Assembly (NCBI GenBank): GCA_050916045.1
Contig: CP051526.1
Location: 640,001-704,000, forward strand
Source of the DNA: Tepidisphaera sp.
GTDB lineage: Bacteria > Planctomycetota > Phycisphaerae > Phycisphaerales > UBA1924
DNA length: 64,000 bases
Reading direction: 5' to 3'
In this document: positions 57,100 to 64,000 of the stretch, one piece after another
Layout of the letters: each line of letters begins with the position of its first letter
Numbering within the stretch: position 1 is the first letter of the stretch
Position numbers and translations under genes: made by a program
Notes under the pieces: generated by a model
Database searches by the model: none
The model's input: only the letters and a program-made list of their open reading frames with translations
What the model was told of the DNA's origin: nothing

Positions 57100-59664
57100 T
57101 CAGCAGCCCGTCTCGTACGCCTCGACGAAGTCGTCGTAGTCAAAGAAATCGACGAACCCGTCGCCGTTGAAGTCCGTCCCCGGCGCCCCGGACTCGAACG
57201 CCCCGACAAAGTCGTCGTAGTCGAAAAAGTCCAGGAAACCATCGTTGTTGAAGTCCGCCCGGCACGGGCTCGGACGCGAGTACGAAGCCGCCGGGATCAC
57301 CTGCTTGGCCATCGTCGAGCTCTGCATGCTCACGATCAGCCCCGCCGAAGCATCCCGCTCGAAGAACTCCACGCGGATCGCGTGCACGCCCGCCCGCAGC
57401 GCGATCGTCCCCGACCGCTCACGCATCGTGTGCACGCCGTCGTTGTCCACGACCGTCGTCGTCCCGATCTTCAGCCGCGACCCGTCGTCCGAACTCGTGT
57501 AGAACGTGTAGATGTCCGTCGTCGGCGCGACCACATACCCCGTAAACAGCGCGCCCACCGCGTTCGATCGGCCCGAGCCCGCGAACGGACCCGTCGTCGG
57601 AGCAAAGTTCAGATCCGCGACCGTCCCCGTCGATGCCGGCGTCCGCCCGTCGTAGTCCGGGAGCTGCGTCGGGCTCCCGAGGTTGAAGTACGCCGCGTCC
57701 AGGCCCCCGACCGTCCGCGTCGGATTCTCCGGCACGCGGTACTGCGAAAGGTCGACCACCGTCGCGCTCACCGCCGCGTTCGAAGTCCGCCCCGCCGAGT
57801 CCCGCGACGTGTACATGAACGAGTCCGGCCCGATGTACGCCGCCGGAGGCGTGTACGCGAGCACGTCACGACCACCCGGGCCCTGCCCCACCAAACGGCG
57901 CACCGTCCCGCCCCGCGCCGTCGTCGCGTCAAACGCGCTGATCGTCACCGCAAGGTTCTCAAAGTGCGTGTCGTTCGCAAGCACGTCCGCCACCACCTCC
58001 ATCGTCCCGATCGTCGTCCCCAGCACGTCCGGGTTCGCCGTCGGTCCCGCTTGCGTCCCCACACGGAACGAACCGATCCAGTTCGACCACCCGAACGACT
58101 CCGCATACTCGCCCACCGCCCAAAGCAGCGTGTCGTCGTTCGGATCAACCGCGATGTCGTAGTAGTCCCCCCAGCGACCGCCGCTATTGACCGGGCTGGT
58201 CGTCAGCGTCGTGAGCGCCCCGAAGTTCGCCTGCGCCGCAAGCTTGCCCGCCACCGCGACGCCGATCCGCTGCGTCGGTGAACTGGTGCCCACCACAATC
58301 CCCACATCCCCGAACCGGTTCGCGTAAATCGCCGGGAAGAACGTGTGCACATCACCGCCCGGATCGATCGTCCCCGAACGCTCCAGCGCCGGAGTCCCCG
58401 ACAACGGCCAGTTGTTCGTCCGAACCTGATACCACCGCGCAAGCGTCTTCCCGCCCGTCGACACGTGGTGCGTCACGTAAAGCAGCCCGTCCCGCCATTG
58501 CATGTTGAACACGCGGCCATCCACCGCCGAGATCGTCTGCCCGCCCGCCGTCGGAGGCTGCGAAGGGCCGTTCCACGCCGCAATCGTCACGTTTCGCGTC
58601 GAAAGCACCGGTGCCGTCAACGGATTCACGATCGCCTGAAGCCGGATCGACGATCCGGACACCGAAGCGAAGTACGGCGCCGGATTGTCACCAAAGCACT
58701 GCGCCGCCTGCACCGACGCACCATTGCCGTCACGAAGCGTCGAGTACACCGCCGGCTGCCCCGCGTACATCGCCGCTTTGTCGTACACCCGGAACCCCAC
58801 GCCCCCGAAACCGCCCGCGTTGAGGCCGAAAAGATTGCCCGTCACATAAATCGCGTCCGCGTCATACCCGAACCCCGGGTAGTCCCACCAGTACGTTTGC
58901 TGGCCCACCGTGATCACCGCGTCCGTGCGATACCTGTACCAAACCCCGTTGGGATCATCATCGTCCGACACCGCGATCGTGATGAACGACTCCGTCGTCC
59001 CGTACACCTCCAGCGCGACAACCACATACCGCCGCGCGTAGTGATCATAAAAAGCCTTGGGATCAAAGCAGAACCCGCCCGCGCCCACCGATGAGAAGAA
59101 CGGCTGCAGATCCTGCGAGAACTGCGAAGCACCCGTCTTGCTGAACCACGCGATCCGCGAATTCACCACCTGCACCACGTGCGACGGACCCACCGCGATG
59201 CTCGGATCCGGAGGCGTCCACCCCGTGTTCGCAATCCCCGGAAAAAGCCGCTGCGTCGACGTCAGCCGCTCGCTCCCAAGCGTCGCGTTCTCAATCGCCC
59301 GCTCACCCCCGCCACCCTCCCCGCGAAGCCGCGCCTCAACCTCCGGAGGCAGCGCGTGGTCCGGCAGAATGTCCCGCGGACGAGTCTCAGGCCCAAACGC
59401 CGGCGAAAGCAGCTCAAGCCCCGCTTCACGCTGACGCGTGTCGATGATCCTCGGGTTCGCCACCGCCCGCGCCACCGCGCCCGGCTGCGTCAGATCCGAC
59501 GGTTGCGACACACCCGGTTCGCGGTTGGCAAACGCTCCCGCCGGCGCCGCCGGTGCCGCCGCCATCGGCCGCTCCGCTTGCCTCTCATCCACGAAGACGC
59601 ACCCGGCAAGCAGGCCAATCGACGCCAGGGACGAACCAATCAAAGCACGAACATGAGGATTCAC
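57100..59664 (-). CDS. Surface lipoprotein: propeller-like N domain, Ig/cadherin-like domain, PA14 domain, GC-type dockerin tail
   Basis: LAGC lipobox; PPDPSIAVG...RWGDY; DSFMYT; SDDGSRL...DNDG.H; C-terminal CRADFNNDGFLDFFDY...ETGC; GGAGG before GTG 59664. Confidence 0.8.
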   Translation of the reverse strand: MNPHVRALIGSSLASIGLLAGCVFVDERQAERPMAAAPAAPAGAFANREPGVSQPSDLTQPGAVARAVANPRIIDTRQREAGLELLSPAFGPETRPRDILPDHALPPEVEARLRGEGGGGERAIENATLGSERLTSTQRLFPGIANTGWTPPDPSIAVGPSHVVQVVNSRIAWFSKTGASQFSQDLQPFFSSVGAGGFCFDPKAFYDHYARRYVVVALEVYGTTESFITIAVSDDDDPNGVWYRYRTDAVITVGQQTYWWDYPGFGYDADAIYVTGNLFGLNAGGFGGVGFRVYDKAAMYAGQPAVYSTLRDGNGASVQAAQCFGDNPAPYFASVSGSSIRLQAIVNPLTAPVLSTRNVTIAAWNGPSQPPTAGGQTISAVDGRVFNMQWRDGLLYVTHHVSTGGKTLARWYQVRTNNWPLSGTPALERSGTIDPGGDVHTFFPAIYANRFGDVGIVVGTSSPTQRIGVAVAGKLAAQANFGALTTLTTSPVNSGGRWGDYYDIAVDPNDDTLLWAVGEYAESFGWSNWIGSFRVGTQAGPTANPDVLGTTIGTMEVVADVLANDTHFENLAVTISAFDATTARGGTVRRLVGQGPGGRDVLAYTPPAAYIGPDSFMYTSRDSAGRTSNAAVSATVVDLSQYRVPENPTRTVGGLDAAYFNLGSPTQLPDYDGRTPASTGTVADLNFAPTTGPFAGSGRSNAVGALFTGYVVAPTTDIYTFYTSSDDGSRLKIGTTTVVDNDGVHTMRERSGTIALRAGVHAIRVEFFERDASAGLIVSMQSSTMAKQVIPAASYSRPSPCRADFNNDGFLDFFDYDDFVGAFESGAPGTDFNGDGFVDFFDYDDFVEAYETGC

Positions 59665-59890
59665 AGTCTCAACCTCCAAAGCCGGCCGCGACTCATCGAC
59701 CTTTCCGCCGACCGTCACCGCGCCGATCGGCCGATTATCCGCGAAACCGCCCGCCGCCGTTCCTCAATAGAGGCATTTTCCCAGAGAATCGCAGGCCCCC
59801 TCGACATTTCGACCAACGATCGGTTTCTGATAGGGTGAAAGTAGGGTGCCCCCGCGGCTATCCTCGTGCTCACTCAGGAGGCTTCTGGAC

Positions 59891-61321
59891 ATGCTCGGAC
59901 GAATCTTCAAGGCCTACGACATCCGCGGCACCGTGCCGGACATGCTCAACGAATCCATGGCATGGCAGATCGGATACGGCGCAAGCAAGTACCTGCTCGG
60001 CGATGCACACGCCGCCGGCGAAACCACCCCGATGATGAAAAACATCGTCGTCGGTCGCGACATGCGAAGCCACTCCCCCGGCCTCGCCAAAGCCGTCATC
60101 CAAGGCATCAAGGACCAGGGCGGTCAGGTCATCGACGTGGGCATGGTCGACACCAGCTTCATCTACTTCGCCGTCAACCACCTCGACTGCGCAGGCGGAG
60201 TCATGGTCACCGCAAGCCACAACCCCCCCAACTACAACGGCTTCAAAATCTCCAAACGCAAAGCCAAGCCCGTCGGCGAAACCTCCGGTCTCGCCGAGAT
60301 CCGCAAACACGCCGCCATGGTCGACAAAGCCACCCTCGTCAAAGCCAACGGCCGAAGCGAGGAACGCGACCTCTGGAAGCCCTACGCCGAACACGTCCGC
60401 TCCTTCCTCAAGATCCCCGCCGGCCGCAAGCTCAAGGTCGTCATCGACGCCAGCAACGGCATGGCCGGAACCATGATCCCCAAGGTCTTCGGCAAGGAAT
60501 CCCCCATCGGCGCCGCGCAGGGCCTTGAGATCATCCCCCTCAACTTCGAGAACAACAAAAACGTCTTCGTCCACGAGCCCAACCCCCTCGTCGCCGCCAA
60601 CATGAAGTGGACCCAGGAAGCCGTCCTCAAGCACAAAGCCGACATCGGCTTCTGCTACGACGGCGACGCCGACCGCTGCTTCGCCGTCGACGAAAAGGGA
60701 GCCATCGTCGGCTGCGACCACCTCACCGTCCTCATGGGCCGCTATTTCCTCAAGGACAACCCCGGCGCCGCCATCGCCTACGACCTCCGCTCCACCAAAG
60801 CCGTCGAGGAAGACATCGTCAAAGCCGGCGGTCGCGCCGTCCGCGGCAAGGTCGGTCACGTCAACATGAAAGCCGCTCTCGCCGACCAGAACTGCATCTT
60901 CGGCGGCGAACTCTCCGGTCACTTCTACTTCCGCGACAACTACAACGCCGACAGCGGCGCCATCGCCATGTCCGTCATCCTTTCCATCCTCGGCCAGCAG
61001 TCCAAACACCTCTCCGAACTCATCAAGCCCATCGCCCGCTACGCCCAGTCCGGCGAGATCAACTTCAACATCGAGGACAAGGACGGCGCCCTCAACGCCA
61101 TCCGCAAGGAATACGGCCCCTCCAGCCCCCACGCCGGAAAGATCGATGAACTCGACGGCGTCACCGTCGATTGCTGGGCCAAAAGCGGCTGGTGGGCCAA
61201 CATCCGCAAGAGCAACACCGAACCCCTTCTCCGACTCAACGCCGAAGCCAAGGACAAGCCGACCCTCGACAAAATGGTCGCCATGCTCGCCCCGCGCCTC
61301 GGCCATAAGGTCGATCACTGA
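59891..61321 (+). CDS. Phosphomannomutase/phosphoglucomutase
   Basis: IFKAYDIRG, TASHNP, DGDADR, GELSGH, RKSNTEP; AGGAGG SD. Confidence 0.93.
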   Translation: MLGRIFKAYDIRGTVPDMLNESMAWQIGYGASKYLLGDAHAAGETTPMMKNIVVGRDMRSHSPGLAKAVIQGIKDQGGQVIDVGMVDTSFIYFAVNHLDCAGGVMVTASHNPPNYNGFKISKRKAKPVGETSGLAEIRKHAAMVDKATLVKANGRSEERDLWKPYAEHVRSFLKIPAGRKLKVVIDASNGMAGTMIPKVFGKESPIGAAQGLEIIPLNFENNKNVFVHEPNPLVAANMKWTQEAVLKHKADIGFCYDGDADRCFAVDEKGAIVGCDHLTVLMGRYFLKDNPGAAIAYDLRSTKAVEEDIVKAGGRAVRGKVGHVNMKAALADQNCIFGGELSGHFYFRDNYNADSGAIAMSVILSILGQQSKHLSELIKPIARYAQSGEINFNIEDKDGALNAIRKEYGPSSPHAGKIDELDGVTVDCWAKSGWWANIRKSNTEPLLRLNAEAKDKPTLDKMVAMLAPRLGHKVDH

Positions 61322-61327
61322 GCGGCG

Positions 61328-61356
61328 GTCACGGAGTGACTTCGTGACTCCGTGAC
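61328..61356. repeat. Intergenic palindrome (REP-like or terminator-like)
   Basis: GTCACGGAGT-GACTTCGTG-ACTCCGTGAC. Confidence 0.55.
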
Positions 61357-61368
61357 TTCTTACCTCCC

Positions 61369-62970
61369 ATGACCCTCCAAGAATTCCTCAACCACTGGAA
61401 CCTCGTCGAAAGCCCGTTCCAGGGTGAGGAAGCCCGCACGGACCGCGTCTTTGGCCGCATGAACGGCCAGGTCGCCCCCTCGATCGCCCCCGCCGAGGGC
61501 GCCGCTCCCCTCGCCTCCTACCACCCCGAGTTCGACCGCATCCTCGGCGACCCCGGCCTGCCCTCTTCCGCCGTCGTCTTCGGCGAAAAAGGAAGCGGCA
61601 AGACCGCCGTCCGCCTCCAGATCGCCGCCCGCATCCGCGATCACAACGCCGAGAATCCCGACCAGAAGATCCTCCTCGTCAGCATGGATGACCTCACACC
61701 CATGCTCACGCGCCTCCACGACCGCTACGCCGGCAAGACCCCGCTCGAGAGCTTCCAGCGCACCCGCGTCGTCGACCACCTCGACGCCGCGATGCAGTCC
61801 GTCGTCGGTCGCCTCACCGATGCCATGCTCGGCGATCCGCAGCCCGAAGCCTCGAGCGAGCAGATGGTCTCGATCGGCCCCGAGCCCAAGAAACGCCTCC
61901 GCGCCCTCGACGTCCAGATCCGCCGCGATCTCCTCCTGCTCCAGGCCCTCTACGACCGCCCCGCCCAGGCCGATGAGCGAACCCGCCGCCTGCGCCGCCG
62001 CCTGGGCATCCGCGCCTCGGTCACGGACCTCATCGCCCGCGTCATCCTCCTCGTCCTGCCGCTCGCGATCATCGCCTTTGGCCTCTGGGGCCAGTTCCGC
62101 CAGGACCCGATGATCCGCCAGGCCGAGTGGTTCAAGTGGTCGCTTTTGGTCGCCTCGGGCCTGTACGGCCTGCTGCTGCTTGGCTACATCTCCAAGCAGG
62201 TGATCGCCGTGCGTCAGCTCGGCCGCCGCGTCCGCAAGCAGATGCCCGTGTGCGGCCGCGGGTTCCGAAGCTTCGCCCGCTCGCTCTCGATGGTGGGGGG
62301 GTCGAATCGCGCCCAGGTCCCCACCAGCGACAGCCCGGACGGCCGCCTTTCGCTCCTCGGCAAGCTCCGCCGCGCGATGTCGCTCATGGGCTTTGCCGGG
62401 CTGGTCATCGTCATCGACCGCGTCGATGAGCCGCCGCTGATCGCCGGCGATGTCGACCGGATGAAGCACGTGATCTGGCCGCTCCTCAACAACCGCGTCC
62501 TCCAGATGGAAGGGGTCGGCTTCAAGCTGCTCCTCCCCATCGAGCTCCGCCACGCGCTGTACAAAGAGTCCAACTCCTTCTTCCAGGAAGCCCGCCTTGA
62601 CAAGCAGGGCTTCGTCGACCGCTTGTCGTGGTCGGGCACGAGCCTCTACGACCTCTGCAACGGCCGCTTGCGTGCCTGCACGCGAGCCGCGGCCTTGGGC
62701 CTCACCAACGCCCACGCGGGCTTGTCGCTCATCGACCTCTTCGCGGATGATGTGACGCGTCAGGACTTGGTTGATGCACTTGAGCAAATGCACCAGCCCC
62801 GCGACGCCTTCAAGCTCATGCACCGCGCGATCGTCGAACACTGCTCCTCCGCTTCGCCCGATGGCGGCGGGGGCGGCCAGTGGAAGATCCCCCGGTACAT
62901 CCTTGAGGTGGTCAAGAAGCAGGAAGTCGAACGAGTCCAGGGTCTCTACCGCGGCATCAGGCCGGCGTGA
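61369..62970 (+). CDS. Membrane-anchored P-loop NTPase of unknown function
   Basis: Walker A GEKGSGKT, two central TM helices, Walker B-like LVIVIDRVDE. Confidence 0.75.
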   Translation: MTLQEFLNHWNLVESPFQGEEARTDRVFGRMNGQVAPSIAPAEGAAPLASYHPEFDRILGDPGLPSSAVVFGEKGSGKTAVRLQIAARIRDHNAENPDQKILLVSMDDLTPMLTRLHDRYAGKTPLESFQRTRVVDHLDAAMQSVVGRLTDAMLGDPQPEASSEQMVSIGPEPKKRLRALDVQIRRDLLLLQALYDRPAQADERTRRLRRRLGIRASVTDLIARVILLVLPLAIIAFGLWGQFRQDPMIRQAEWFKWSLLVASGLYGLLLLGYISKQVIAVRQLGRRVRKQMPVCGRGFRSFARSLSMVGGSNRAQVPTSDSPDGRLSLLGKLRRAMSLMGFAGLVIVIDRVDEPPLIAGDVDRMKHVIWPLLNNRVLQMEGVGFKLLLPIELRHALYKESNSFFQEARLDKQGFVDRLSWSGTSLYDLCNGRLRACTRAAALGLTNAHAGLSLIDLFADDVTRQDLVDALEQMHQPRDAFKLMHRAIVEHCSSASPDGGGGGQWKIPRYILEVVKKQEVERVQGLYRGIRPA

Positions 62971-63005
62971 ATAGCATGAAAGACGCGTAACAGCGGAGGT
63001 TGGCA

Positions 63006-63305
63006 ATGACGCTCGGAACGTGGCTCGGGATGATACTAGGGTCCCTGCTTGACCCAGGTTTGTTCGTGGTGATGCTGGTCGTCGTGTTTCTGACTCGGCA
63101 AGCATGGATTGTGTTTGCAGTCGCTTTCGCGCTTTGCCTACTCGCCGGGTTGTACATGGCGTCCGTAGATCCGCAGTACTGGAGCAACCGCTTCTTGATT
63201 GATCTCATCGCGACTCCCATTCGGGCTGGTTTGCTGTACTCGGTTCGGTACTTCTGGTCCAAGCCTAAAGTTGCGGACGGCAAATCAACTCACCATGGCG
63301 GCTGA
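63006..63305 (+). CDS. Small hypothetical membrane protein
   Basis: GGAGG SD; about 3 hydrophobic helices; lower GC. Confidence 0.55.
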   Translation: MTLGTWLGMILGSLLDPGLFVVMLVVVFLTRQAWIVFAVAFALCLLAGLYMASVDPQYWSNRFLIDLIATPIRAGLLYSVRYFWSKPKVADGKSTHHGG

Positions 63306-63340
63306 TTCGGTCGGCGGTAGTCCATAGGGACCAACGGAAA

Positions 63341-63733
63341 ATGAAGACGTTAAGAGAACTCCTCAAGCGTTTTTTGACTCCCGGAGATCCGGTGGCTTGG
63401 AGTTTTCATCACTGGGGAACTCTAAACGACCCGGAGATGATTAGGGTCGACTCAAAGAACCGGCTTGACAAACTTGCAACCACGCTCAAGTGGTGTGCTG
63501 CGTGTTGCTTCATGTTCGCTGCAGGGGCTGGCACCCTTCTGGTAAAGTCGGGAAGCAACGGTGAAGGGTCGTCGATTGGCTTGGGCGGCTTTTGCTGTAT
63601 CGCAGTTTTTCTGCTATTGGCTTATGTTTATGGGCTAAACGTGGAGTTCTACCAGCAAGCAACGGAGTCCTGGCACACCGGCCAAAAATACAAGCAGGAA
63701 CTCAGGCAGGCGACGCCGACGCCGCGCCCATAG
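63341..63733 (+). CDS. Hypothetical membrane protein
   Basis: 130-aa ORF with two hydrophobic segments; lower GC. Confidence 0.5.
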   Translation: MKTLRELLKRFLTPGDPVAWSFHHWGTLNDPEMIRVDSKNRLDKLATTLKWCAACCFMFAAGAGTLLVKSGSNGEGSSIGLGGFCCIAVFLLLAYVYGLNVEFYQQATESWHTGQKYKQELRQATPTPRP

Positions 63734-63887
63734 GCCGGGTGCCGGGTGCCGCGAGCTGGGTTGCTTCGACTCCACTCGTGGTTGGGCGTTGGCCATGACA
63801 TGGTACCAGTAGACGCCGAGTGCATCTGTCGCGAAAACTGGCCAAAGGCGTGGCGTCAACTGGTGGCAACCAGCTGCGATGAAGGAG

Positions 63888-63986
63888 CCGGGGGCAACGC
63901 CCCCGGTCAAGACGCGCACACGCCATGGGCCCTGCAAGGGTCCGATCCCCCCGTTTCGCGCGAGCGGTTCGACCCCTGCGGGGTCG
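63888..63986. repeat. REP-like hairpin pair
   Basis: CCGGGGGC-AAC-GCCCCCGG (63888-63906) and CGACCCC-TGC-GGGGTCG (63970-63986). Confidence 0.55.
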
Positions 63987-64000
63987 TGTGGTGCGCTGCG

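Overview
GC-rich bacterial chromosomal segment. It is probably Planctomycetota, class Phycisphaerae; this is inferred from the GC-type dockerin tail, the CxxCGYD...CxECG membrane protein and the ECF sigma/Ser-Thr kinase pair. Contents in order: end of a ParA-like gene, ion antiporter, S9 peptidase, CheY-like regulator, secreted hypotheticals, plant-type FNR, oppA-oppB, a divergent ECF sigma/STK-TPR pair, tRNA-Ile2(CAT) with a lower-GC islet, an SDR and an RluA-methyltransferase fusion. Next comes a type IV pilus/T2SS-like cluster (pilB, pilT, pilB, pilC, four prepilin-like genes, a giant GspK/PilX-like gene) with G-tract intergenic spacers, then tRNA-Pro(TGG). The most notable feature follows tRNA-Pro: a ~3.9 kb integrase-free array of small cargo modules separated by ~47-bp direct repeats. 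Each repeat is a conserved arm fused to a copy of the tRNA 3' end, and the arm appears to be under protein-coding constraint on the minus strand. The rest of the window holds a TPR-redoxin, an arsR plus arsC-arsM fusion, dinB/hxlR, GH43, pbp2-rodA-rsmG-dinG, a PA14/dockerin protein, a phosphohexomutase, a membrane P-loop ATPase and REP-like hairpins. All calls are by eye from motifs; no database searches were run.
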